DNA of 49,442 nucleotides, the filler included, from Catajapyx aquilonaris (taxonomy: Eukaryota), in assembly GCA_000934665.2 (NCBI GenBank). It is 2 parts of 2 records of this genome, joined end to end, with 100 filler letters (N's around TTAATTAATTAA, not from the genome) between each part and the next. Parts side by side here need not be neighbours in the genome. Positions count along the whole stretch, not along the records: positions 1 to 24,613 come from KZ539357.1; positions 24,714 to 49,442 come from JYFJ02005482.1. One strand, given 5' to 3'. The notes under the pieces were generated by a model that was not told the DNA's origin, made no database searches, and was given only the letters and a program-made list of their open reading frames with translations. Both the position numbers and the translations under genes were made by a program. Positions 13,201 to 24,823 of this stretch are shown here, piece by piece; position 1 is the stretch's first letter; each line of letters begins with the position of its first letter.

Positions 13201-16200
13201 TAAGTTCAAGGAAAGTGATTCTAGATAGTACGAGAATCCTTCCGGTAAAGCTCATACGCTCACAACGCTATATAGGATTACCATTTTGAGAGTATATTTT
13301 TACGCAAAATGAAGCAACTTCTACTTGGATTGTGCGGTATTGAAGAGCAAGTTTTAAAATGTATTGCTGCTGGGTTATTTCCTCCTCAATGTAGGCTGTA
13401 CTTTGTGATTTTATGGTGTAATGTTGTGTGTAACTAGGTGTCAAGACGTGAACTTGTGTAGTTTCTCCCATGCATCGTCAATTCACGTCTTTTTTGGCAT
13501 GTAAAGATGGAAAAATATGCCTACGCAAAGCAAATAGGGAAGGAAAGATAGATTTACATAGTCTAGGCCTATGGTCCCATAAACTCAATGCTATATTTTA
13601 AAAAATAGGCCTAATTGTTGCGCTTACAAACCATTCGCATATAAATATTTGTAGTCAAACAGCTTATAGCGTAAGCCACTGACTACTTTCGAAATCTTCG
13701 CCACAGAAACGTCACATTTGTCATTTGAATATTTTCATAATGCAACTTGAAAAGTGTGTCAATTTTCCTCCATATTTTTCTGCCTCTGATCAGTAGTGCA
13801 CGTGCATTGTTACGATATTTTTTCATATTATATTAAAAACATATGTCACCTATAGAATGTAGTAGACCTATACACTAATACTGACTCGAAGAAGTGCAAA
13901 GTATGTTACATTGTAATCATTGGTATTTGAGTAATGTTCTATTGCCGTCATTCTGAACAAGACTTACAATTGGCAGGACAACGGAACCGTCGTACGGCGG
14001 CATCCATAATGATCAGTAAGTTAACTTATACGCACACAGTACGTCATATTATGCATTGTTTCTATTCCCAACTTTTCCAGCACACTATGCAATATTATCA
14101 CCTCTTTTAGTTAGACAGGCCACACTGCCCGGAGCGGATTTTGTTTCGGAAAAGGCAAATAGTCTACTAACTGGAAATTCGTTATTACAGAAATTGTTGC
14201 AAATAACTGTCAGAACCATCACAAAGCTTCAAGTAACAAGATTAGTGCTGACAGCTGTTTTTCATAAACTCATCCAATGTCCTCTATAAATACGTACATC
14301 GGAAGCCTGATTATTATTCTGTACATAGTAATAGGCCTACTCTCACAAACGACTCAACCTGCCTTCTCCGGAACAAATCACCTTGGACACTGCATTGTAG
14401 AGTATCACCCGTAAATAGGTTTTACCTCGTGTCACGTAATTAGTTAACCACTGAAATTGGTAGGCGTGCCATACTTCATTCCCTGCCAAGGAAGGTGAAA
14501 CGCACTGTACTTCCTCTTATCCTCAATCCAATCATTTCACTTCCATTAGATTCTAAACTAATTGACGTTTCAGGCTCTCTTATGGTGAAACCAACTGTGA
14601 GCTGTCATCACGGAGTGGGCGTGACCTGGATCCCTACCGTGACTTGATTCCCGATCCAGACGCTGATTTTTACGAGCGTGTTGGCAAAGGTCGAGAGTGC
14701 GAGGGTGACCGAGGTTACGGAGATCGAGGTTTTGGAGACAGAGGTTATGGAGACCGAGACAGAGGAGACAGAGATAGAGGAGACCGTGGAGGATGCTTCA
14801 TATTGGCCCACAAGGGTAAAACATTTGCCAGAGCATTGGTTAGAGACGCACTGGAGCTCAGAACACCACGTGAATGTGAAGCTGAATGTGTTAATAACAG
14901 GAGGATTAGATGCAAATTATTCTCATTCCGGTGAGTATATCGGTAATGTCAATTTGATTTACAATATTCAATTAGTGGTAGATGGAACTGTGATGGGGGA
15001 AAATATGGGACTGAAATGTGAATGATGGTTTCAGTGTATCACTGACATACGGACAATCTCCGCCTGCCAACTATGCCCGATTTCATTCGACCCCATCTTG
15101 TGAGATGAGCGATGTGGATCCTCGTGATTTGGACCCTTACCGTGATCTGATCGTGGACCGTGATGCGGATGTCTACGAGCAACGGGGTTTTGGTTGTGAA
15201 GCGACGGCAGGAAGACCGGGATATCCATCATCATATCCACCTGGAGGATCAGGTTATGGTGGATCCTATCAGGGAGGGCCAGGAGGGAGAGAGGATGACA
15301 GAGGTCCATACTCTTACAGTATATAATTGGTCTATTTAATTTAAATAAATAATTTCTTTTAGATTGTTTCCGGCTCTCGCGGCCTCGATATCGTTTCGCG
15401 CAGTCTGCTGCCAGAGTGGCCATAACAGTACAGGGTGTTGCAGAATGCAAGAGTGAATGTCTTCGATCGTACAAGATTGAGTGCCGAGCCTTTGCTTACA
15501 GGTAAAAAGTTGGGTTTCACTGTACAAAACGCGATGCACATACACAACTGATGAATATGCCACTTCTCATTTTGTTGAACACTGATTGTCATGTCATCTG
15601 CGAAAGTTGATGTTCAGTGCCCATGTATAGGGAAATCAATTCCGTCACGTTTCCCAGCGACTTTGAATGTTGCGACTGTGTACTGCTGAGGCCCTTGTAG
15701 CTTAGTGGTAGAGCAAACACTCGACAGAGTGTGTGGACCCAGGTTCGATTCCTGGCGAGGGCAGCGATTAAGTACAGGTTCCCCATCCTTTTAAAATGCC
15801 TAAATAATAATAATAGAGAACATGGGAATTATAATTACTGCACATCAACCGTGTCTGAAACATGGCTTTATATGTGGTAGACAAAAGACATCATCCAGGT
15901 AATGTAATACTTGTTATTGAATATGTCACGTTCCAAAAAAAAAAACAAAAAAAAGTTGTTCCATGTATGGCACCTTCCGCAGGCAAGAACATGGCTATGG
16001 CTACAATTGCCAATTGAGTGACAGAGACGATCGCTCTTTGGATCCTGCCAGAGATCTCATACCTGACAATGGGTATGACGTGTTCATTCTGGATCCATAC
16101 GCACCAGGTAAGTACAGTAGTTTCATAGATTGCATTTAACTAGGAATTGGAACCATAATTTTCGTTCTCTGAATAGGATGCCGAAGTGGAGGAGGTGGTG

Positions 16201-19200
16201 GTGGAGGAGGAGGAGGAGGAGGAGGAGGCCACCACGGAGGCCACGGTCAAGGTAGTTACTATGGGTCTGGTGGTGTAGGCAGTGCATACTACGGTAGCAG
16301 CAACAGCGGAGGATTGTATGGGCACAACTATGCCGGAGGGTCATCGTACGGCCAGGGTAGTGCGACATACGCAGGATCATACAGCGGCTCACAAGTTGGA
16401 GGAGGAGGCCGCTGTGAGTATGACCATGGGTCAATGTATCTGGCATCGTAAACGGTCTTCTGTGGCCTGTCTTTTCATCAGCACAGGTGCTACTTATAGT
16501 AGTAGGCCTACTTAACAATTTCAAATCTATCAAACTTATTTTATGTATCTTTCATACCAGGCTGGCCAAAGTGTAGAAATTTCAAATGTACATAGCAGTA
16601 ACTTATGCCATAGTTAAGTTACAAATAAGATCTCGCAAATCAGCGTGTTAGTCATACATTATGCATCACATATTTGCACATTTGGGAGATTTTGGCTTTT
16701 TAGCAGTAACCATGCTACCAGTATGTAATCAAGGTCCTTTTGAAATCGAAGAACTGGTTTACAGTGTGTGTAGTTATATACTGTATTGAACATCGTCGAT
16801 CCTAGGTTCTATAACACCACTGGGAAAACAAAATAACATCGAATGACGGCTGATGACGGTAATAGTTTATTGAGAAGTCAAACTGTCAAATCCAAACACT
16901 CTGTGTTATATAGTTTTATTGTAGGACTACATGCTACCATAATGTCAAATTATTCAGGCAATTTAACGCCCATAAGAGGGTCTATTATTTATTTTTCTTA
17001 AACTCTTAATCACTTGATGAACTAAAATATTTTAAAATAAGATGCCATTAGGAGTAAACTCAGTTTTTCCTTTATAACAGACTTTATAATTAGCAAACAA
17101 CTTCAGCCTCCCATTGCTCATTTGCCACAGTGATAAAGCACACAATCATCAATACTACTCTATAATATATTATGTAGTCTATGAAGTAAGGTCCTAGTAC
17201 TCATATAATTACTGTTTACAGTGGGCTACATTCTGTACAGATCACTCTTTAGCATCTCATATATGCAAAACAAAAAACAAAACAAAAACAAATGTAAAGT
17301 AGGCCTATGCATCTCATAGGCCTACATCCCTATATATTTTGGGATCCTACATTAACCCTGACTATATTTACTGGAATTATACACCAGTTTAACAAGTTCA
17401 GTTTTGCAACAGAATAGCTTGCTTCTATTGTGCCATACGAATAATAACGAAGAAACCAACCTTGATTACGGAAAGGTAGCATTGGCTCAATGACATTCTG
17501 CTTCTGTATTCATAACCAAATCTTGGAAATAGAAGGTTACTTAGATTTTTAAAATTATCAGTCAGGAATATGTATTGCACCTTACACAGGTTTGCTATTA
17601 TTCTGGACCATAAAACAACAACACTATTTTAACTAGTGTATAAAGTCGTTTATACTGTATTCTTGCACGTTATTTCATTGCAACTTTTTGACACTTGGTA
17701 AGGAGCACTTACAGAGCTGCATGAGTGAAGTCAAATCCTATAACTTGGTTGACTCATGACCACCAGAAAGTCAACCATCCAATAAGTATTGGTGTTGGTA
17801 CTGGAAATGTATAAATTCACATCGACCATATTTCATTCCATAAGCTGATGTTTTTACAATTCCGGTAACAGCTGCTGCTTTTACAAGTGTGAATTTTTTT
17901 TATAGCTTTTTTGTCACATAATACATATCAGAATATGCTATGCAGTAAGTGTATGAAGTATGCCACTACCTTCACATACTTCGTGCCAACTTTTAAAAAT
18001 GATGTTTGCATAATTTTGTATTTAAAAAAATTCTTGCATCATAAGCAATGGTGCTGGATGACATGGGTGTTGTTTCTACCTCTTTGGCTAGCAGCACTTG
18101 GAAATTCTTTCTTGTTACATGTGATTTATCATTTTGGACAGCGCTTTGAACTCTGACCCATAAGGTGAAGCACTGACCCACAACTCTCTCCTCACCAGTG
18201 CCGCTAGAGATCACTGTCAGCACAGGTTACCGCGCCGCCTCTTCGCCCCTCCCCAAGTGACCTCTCACCTCAGCCTCTATTTGGGGTCACTCCTTTCCAA
18301 TATGTACATAAACTCTTTTTTAACCACTACTCTTTATTTTGTTGTGTTGCACATTATTTTGTTGTTGTTGCACCATGGTGTATGTACGAGTATTTTAGTT
18401 GTTTTGGGAAAGCAGAATGGATGGTTGGCTCTTTGATTTGGTGGATATTTGGTGATGTTATGCTTTGTAGGTTTTCATTAGGTCTACTTAATATCACGCA
18501 GCCTTTGTCACTCATAATAAATGTATATGTGTACCAAACAACTGCACCGCAATCGCATGTGTAGTTGGCGGGGAGGTGGTATGGGGAGGGGCGCAGCTTT
18601 CACCATGGTCATCAAAGCATTTGCCAAACCCAAGTGAAATATTAATGGTGTCTTGTCTCAAGTCACTTTCGGGAATGCCCCCACCTGATTGACTATTGAC
18701 AAGAGTCAGTCAAGAGCACAATTGGAATTTGCACTTGAAACTAGGCTGTATTGTATCATCTCTCCAAGTGGAGGGACTAGTTGTATTTCTCCAAACCAAA
18801 GATTCAGTGGATCTGGAGATCAATCATAGTAGTCCTGATGCTCCTCTAAAAAACGAGGCTTCAAAAAAATGACCTGGCTGGACAATATACGCTCTGACTG
18901 CCAAACTTGAGTGACCTCACCCAATCCAAACCTCCTCCACTTCCACGCCTTTGGATACATAACCTGCGCAGACCCATGGGCATTGACTGTTGGTGGAATC
19001 CCCTGCAAAAGAGGGCAGTGTGTCCTTGATCCTAAGGCAGGCTACTGGGCATGTGACGTGGATGAGAGAGGCACTTGGGACTACTGCTGCCGGCCTGACC
19101 ATCGCTGCGGTTATTCCTCCAACTTCCACCTTCCATGGTACGTCTCATCGATTGAAGTTGCCTAGCTACATTTCTTACATGCTGCTCTTATCTTATTTCA

Positions 19201-19571
19201 GGTGTTACGTGGGAGAAGTTAGCAGGGAACAGTGGCGTCCTTGTAAGAGTGAGGGACCTCAACAACGACCATACGCTTACTTGCATCGTCAAAAGTCACC
19301 ACCACCACCTCCATCAGGCTTGCTGCCAGCAGCAGTTCTAGCACCCAAAAAGGCAGTAACTCTAACAATTGTTGAACTACCTATACCTGGGGAGGAAGAT
19401 GAGGAGGAGGAGGAGGAGAATGTAGCGTCAGAAGGAGTCAATGAGGTTGCAACGTCTGAAGAAAATTATGATGATGATGAAGTGGAAGGGAGTGGTGAAA
19501 CAACTACGCCCACAACAACAACACCAAGTCCACCCACCGGAAACATTTCAGTGGCAGATGCTGCACTGTAA
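7280..19571 (+). CDS. Secreted multi-PAN/apple domain protein with Gly/Tyr-rich linkers, Cys/Trp-rich C-terminal module and acidic/Thr tail (~742 aa)
   Basis: Exons 7280-7376 (signal peptide MGSHKCFTFSLLACLVHVASG), 12006-12150, 12216-12440, 12553-12651, 14574-14930, 15035-15303, 15363-15501, 15983-16107, 16177-16413, 18972-19137, 19202-19571. All introns are GT-AG and the total of 2229 nt is in frame. Four repeats of CF...ECxxxC...C..F.F...C.L....L...D.Y. The extreme C-terminus is less certain. Confidence 0.85.
9800..9881. mobile_element. Tc1/mariner-type hairpin MITE
   Basis: TA|CAGGGTGAACCAACTTCAAGTGTCGTTTTATAACG...CGTTATAAAACGACACTTGAAGTTGGTCCACCCTG|TA: near-perfect inverted arms, CAG terminus, TA flanks. 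Confidence 0.75.
15691..15763 (+). other. tRNA-like sequence (pseudo-tRNA or SINE head) inside a PAN-gene intron
   Basis: Acceptor stem GCCCTTG/CGAGGGC, D arm GCTTAGTGGTAGAGC and T arm CCAGGTTCGATTCCTGG are intact. The anticodon arm is non-canonical (ACACTC-GACA-GAGTGT), and (TAA)n lies ~40 nt downstream. Confidence 0.65.
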
Positions 19572-19876
19572 ATCCCCTGAAAGTGACAAGTCGAGTGCAA
19601 AGTTCCGTCATTTCAGCAACACAGTATACAAATCAAAGAGCCACATTACATTTGCTTTGCCCCCAACAGTTAGTCAGAAAATCAAACCATTTCCCTCCAA
19701 AACACATTCCCATCTGCAGGGATCCGAGGCCGCCGAGTTGGAGGACGATGGATCTACGAGCTCATCGAATAGCCTGCTTGCCGCCATGGAAAACAAAAGA
19801 AAATAAATTAATCCATTTTTTTTACTTATATAAATTAATAGTTTTATTCAGTCAGTGACCTAAACACTGAAACATC

Positions 19877-22459
19877 TCATTGTTTCAGTTTCTTCCTCTT
19901 TCGTTTTGGTTGCTGCTGTTCACCTTTCCTTTCAGCTACATGCTCTGTTGACTTCTTATATTCCATTTCTTGGTGTTCCACCCGAGATAATTTTCCACTC
20001 AGTCTGTTTCCGTGCCGAGCAGCTCTAGAGAATAATTTAAAATGTTAGGGGATTCCAGTACTGATACCAAGGTGCAACCAAAATAGTACGTTCAATATGG
20101 CCAATCAAGGCATTCAAAATTCTTATAAATTGGCCTTTTTCATCTGAAGTGCCTCCACCCCGAGTCTTAAGAAAATCACATAAAGAGGCAGAGGAAGGCT
20201 GAGAGAACCATTGGCTTCCCTCAAATTTTGTCTGTGAATGATTACTTACTTTACTTTCTCCATGTGACCTGAGGCAGGTTCAGCCTCCCACTGGATTTTG
20301 TTTTTAACTGGTATTCATTTGTGGCAGTTTGATATGTTTAAACATATACAGGGTAGTGGTCTGCCCAAGTGGATGGTCTGAACAGGGGGCCATGGGAGAA
20401 CTGACGGATTACTTGTTCCTGGTCTGCATGTACACACCAAGATCATCTCATTTTTATGAGTTGCATCGCTTTGGTTATTATTTTACTGGTTTGCATATTT
20501 TAAAATACCTGCATGATGTATGCACATGGGGAGTAGATCCTTTTCATCTTAAAACCATTTATAGCACACACTCCCTGTAATGAACCTCCTGGTAATACAT
20601 GTGGACCAGGAGTAAATCCATCAGCTCTCCCCATCCCTGGTAGGGAGTGTCCACCATGGGTAAAGTACCACCCGGTACCACCCTGTACATCCACTGCAGT
20701 AAAGCCAGACCCAACTCAACAACTTACTTATGAGCAGTTCTTCCTTCGCATGCCTTTAACAGCTCAGACTCACTCCATGATCTTGTCTTTGTTATCTCAT
20801 TTGCAACTCCACTCCCTTCTGAGGTCTCCAGTCCATTATCCAAGACAGCACCCTATATAGAATGCTTGTAGTAACCAGCAAATCATAATTGATTTTCACC
20901 ATACCTTCACAAAATCACCATATGATGAAGTAGTTTTATGTGGTTTGGCAGCTTTTTTGGAAGTACTCTGGACTGCAACATCACCATTCTGAAGAAGAAA
21001 GCACACATACAGTCCTCATTATATTGGCCTGTCATAAGGCTCACACTGTAGGAAAATTCCAATGCCCAATATCTTGCTCTAAATTTCTGGATTGAGATGT
21101 AAATATTTTTGGTTACTGGTGTGATTTGTTGTGATCCACAATACTTTTTAGTGCAGGTCATAGCTACTATCTTCTGCAAGTGTGATATTATAAGGGATAG
21201 TCTAAAATGAAGTTTTTCGTACTGTAAAATGGCTTAATAGGAACTTTGATTTGGTTTTTTGTGTGCTGATACCGGGTTATAGATGATCCCATTTTCTCAA
21301 GTTTCAAATGGCCCTGGAATGCCCCAGGAACCTTTAACAACTTTGATTTTAATTATTATTTGCATATGCTGATATAGCAAAATTCATGAGTATTGGCTAT
21401 ACCACTTACAGGGCTATGGGGCTGCATGTAATATTAGAAAAGATTTCGCAATCCCTACAGACAATGCCAACGAGCAGTTTTTGAAAGTCCTATTTTCATC
21501 CAGATAATCTAAGGAGATGTGAAATTAACTAACCTTATTTTGAGATACTGCAATGCTTTTCACTGTCTGGTCAAAAGCTTGTTCCCACCAATTTGTAGTA
21601 AACTCTGCTCCTGGATCCACTCCCAATCCAGCTTTGTCAAACTTCCGCTTCGGCCGAATGGGTTGTGCCATTCCACAGCCATCACGGCCCAGTCCTTCGC
21701 CTACAAAAAAGTACGAATTTGTCATTCATCAGAATATAGTTCTCATGTCCCAGCTACATGAAAGAGGTTATTAGGCAGTTTAGGATTCCCAAAAAATGTG
21801 TGAATAGCAAACATAATTGGTGGTTTTCTCTCATTTACTTTCACACAACCAGCGGCCCTAAACTACACAATTACCAAAAGCAATGCAACATGTTGATAAA
21901 ATTTATCCAGACCCCAGGGTTTCCTTTAACCCTGGAACCGTGACGTGCCGGAAAGTTACGGCAACCGTGACGTGGGGTCTTTTAGGATCCCATCCATATT
22001 TTTATTTTTATTAATTTTTATATAATACTTTTCAATGTATTGACTATATGCAATAATTCTTTGAACAATGCCTAAAATGATCGCTAATTCAAAATAAACA
22101 TACACTTCCTGTTATATCCATTTTTTAAATGGCAAACGTTCATTGTAATTATAATTTTAATGCATTTTAATTCCTTTGGGGTCCTAAAAGACCCCACATC
22201 ACGGTTCCCGGGTTTTAAAAAAAAGTTACACGTAGCACATGGTGACACTCAGCACATGTGTGTTGATCAGTTAGGCAGTGTTTTAGTATAATGGAGCAAT
22301 ACAACAAAATTTAGCAGCATTACAAACCACTTGATATATACGCACAAAGTACTGGCACATTTCGGAACCTTCTAAATTGGCCCCGCAACTCTCACCTTCC
22401 TTCCATCCCAACTTTTGAAGATGACCGCGTGCAAAATCCATGCCTTTTGGTGTCGCCAT
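19877..22459 (-). CDS. GPATCH4: G-patch domain-containing protein 4 (~195 aa)
   Basis: Exons 22459-22396, 21700-21534, 20988-20905, 20852-20728, 20024-19877 (588 nt, in frame). The translation has MDFARGHLQKLGWKEGEGLGRDGCGM...AGLG...NWW and the family motif ELLKACEGRTAHKAARHG...GKLSRVE, plus a basic C-terminus. Confidence 0.92.
21930..22212. mobile_element. piggyBac-type MITE in GPATCH4 intron 1
   Basis: TTAA|CCCTGGAACCGTGACGTG ... CACATCACGGTTCCCGGG|TTTTAA, with subterminal inverted GGGGTCTTTTAGG/CCTAAAAGACCCC. The right TTAA is imperfect. Confidence 0.7.
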
Positions 22460-23139
22460 CTTTGATAAGCCATCGGCCAAAAAAGCATAGCAGCACTACC
22501 TAACTAATATTACTGCTACAAATATTAGCTACCACAATATTTCCAAAAAATGAAGAAACAAAATCGTGATTTACTGCATAAAAGTAGCTTTTGACACATT
22601 TCAGCATAATCCCACACCATTATAAAACTTCTCCACTAATGAAAAGATGCTCCAATCCCCGATTTCGCAGTTCTCACGCGCAGTTTCAAATTGCGTAGTG
22701 CGATATGTGTTGCTATCTGGTGACCAATATTGTAACTGAGTATTCAAACCATGTTGCCATATCTACACATCGACGTCAGACTCATACTACAGCGTGGTTA
22801 TACTGTGATGACCCACAAGTCACCTTGAAATGCTCTGCTTCGAGCCCCGTTCATTGACAACTCCGGAAAATTTATGTAGCCACATAATACCCATGACATC
22901 AGCCTCTATTTTATACCAGTGACTCAAAACTGACTCTAGCAAATAAAGATCAGCCTGTTTTGCGTCACCACCAACAACCATGTGGTACATTACTCACCAT
23001 TAAACCCACCTTTAATTTTCGTTAAATCTGGCATACAACTGAATCACTGCGGTACAACCCCCTCAAAATTGGTGGGTTTACAACCGGTCCTGACTCAAAT
23101 CCCGCGCCTGATGCTCAATTTGGCAACCTTGTCCAACCC

Positions 23140-24044
23140 TGCCGCCATGTTGGACCCATCTCTCTTCCTCTATACTCCGTTTCGCATCGTGTGGTGGCGT
23201 GTCGGCTGGTCGTCTGTCCTGGGACTCTTCGGCAGGCGGTTGGAGCACTAGGGCAGGTCGCAGACGTAGCTGAAGTGCCGTCGCATCTGTGCTGAGTTGT
23301 GACGCCTACTTGAGGTAAGTGGGTTGTTATGTGTGACTGAGCAGTTTTGAGGGATCAGCTGACGTTTTCTGGCAGGTCATGTGCGGGTGACATGGTGACA
23401 GGGAGGTGTGTCAGGTGGGTGATGTACCGCATGGTTGGGGTGGGATGGTGTATACTGTATAGTATTTTTTTTATAGCGTGGAGTATGGAGGTTTAGAGAG
23501 CATGAGGTTGGTGGCATGCTGTTTGTTTTGGGAATTGGTCGTGTGATAGTTGATGGCACACATGAAGGCACATGAATGTTTGCAGTTAATTTGATTTGGG
23601 TATGGGTTGATTTAGTATGGCCTACCATGTCAGTTTAAGTTGGACCGTGTTTGGTCATGGTACAATTCATACAGGCACATGGCTTGAAGTTTGATTATGA
23701 GTTTGTCAGTGGGACATTCAGCAGATATGCAACTTTGTTATAGTAAATAAGATAACATGTTTCTATAATATTTATCCTCACATTGTGGATATTGGGTGTG
23801 TGTATTACATGATATTGGAGTCTATTAAATCTTAATGGTATAAACAATATGTTTAGTCGTGATAGTTGTTGAGTTGCGCCATCATTGGTAACAGGTGTGG
23901 ACAATGTGTAGCAAGTACCAGACTTTGATTAGCATAACAATACTACACATATGGAGAATGCAAGAAACTCGAGCATTGATGGACATTATGATTGAATTGT
24001 AGCAGAGGGGACCACTTTTATTATGACACCCAATCATCTACCAG
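23140..24044 (+). other. 5' exons of an unidentified gene divergent from GPATCH4, truncated by the contig end
   Basis: GC-rich exon with strong donor GAG|GTAAGT at 23314/23315. A second exon 23895-24044 ends ATG ACA CCC AAT CAT CTA CCA G|GTAAGT (MTPNHLP, ATG at 24023). The transcription start is approximate. Confidence 0.5.
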
Positions 24045-24399
24045 GTAAGTAAAAAGTTGAAAATCTCAGGAAGGGTCAGAAAAACACAGAATGAATTTTT
24101 ATTTTGAAGGACGAGGAACAAATTGTTTTCTTAGATAAAGTAAATTTAATGTCTTGAGGTGCGTCTTGATAGGCAACATTACTGCTGGGAAGCAGAGTCA
24201 ACAACCGGATTATACCACAGATATGTGATGCCTGGTTTTTTTTTAAACAGATGGTAACGTTAGATGTTCCGACCCTTATGTAGACATCTGATGGGAATTG
24301 ATGGATGTACTTTTTAACCCAGATATGCCTGAATAATTTATTGTTAAGTATTTAAAATAGTTTTTTAAAATGAGCAAATGAAGAACTAACATGACTAAA

Positions 24400-24613
24400 A
24401 AAATAATAATAATAATAATAATTGATACCCCATTATCAGCCCTTTAGGCTTTATTAGGGGGGGATTTCTCCCAATTTTTTTTGTCTGGAACTCTTTCCAT
24501 TTTTACTATACTTTTCCATCGGAATTGAGGCAAGGATAGGTAAGGAAGGAAGCGGCTGTGGCCTATAATTACGGTAACGACCCCGGAATTATCCTGCGGT
24601 GACCATGGGAAAC
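24400..24613 (-). mobile_element. 3' part of the same SINE family, cut by the contig end
   Basis: GGATAGG...GAAGGAAGCGGCTGTGGCCTAT...CCCGGAATTAT matches the reverse complement of 5400-5465. The tail reads AATGGGGTA + (TTA)n on the minus strand. Confidence 0.7.
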
Positions 24614-24713
24614 NNNNNNNNNNNNNNNNNNNNNNNNNNNNNNNNNNNNNNNNNNNNTTAATTAATTAANNNNNNNNNNNNNNNNNNNNNNNNNNNNNNN
24701 NNNNNNNNNNNNN
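24614..24713. other. Artificial contig spacer (six-frame stop linker)
   Basis: Exactly 44 N + TTAATTAATTAA (24658-24669) + 44 N = 100 nt. Genes on both sides run into it unfinished. Confidence 0.9.
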
Positions 24714-24823
24714 ACAAGTGCACTCGGGTGTTTTAAAAAGGCGACCTGCTGACTTATACAAAGGGGAGTCTGGGGATTCGAAGCATTGACACTTTTTTTA
24801 AGGATATCATTCGTAAAGATTAC

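Noticed and set aside
19572..19806. Open frames after the PAN-gene stop, with an acceptor at 19719
   Set aside because: Could be an extra terminal exon, but the candidate donors are weak and the frame cannot be decided without transcripts.
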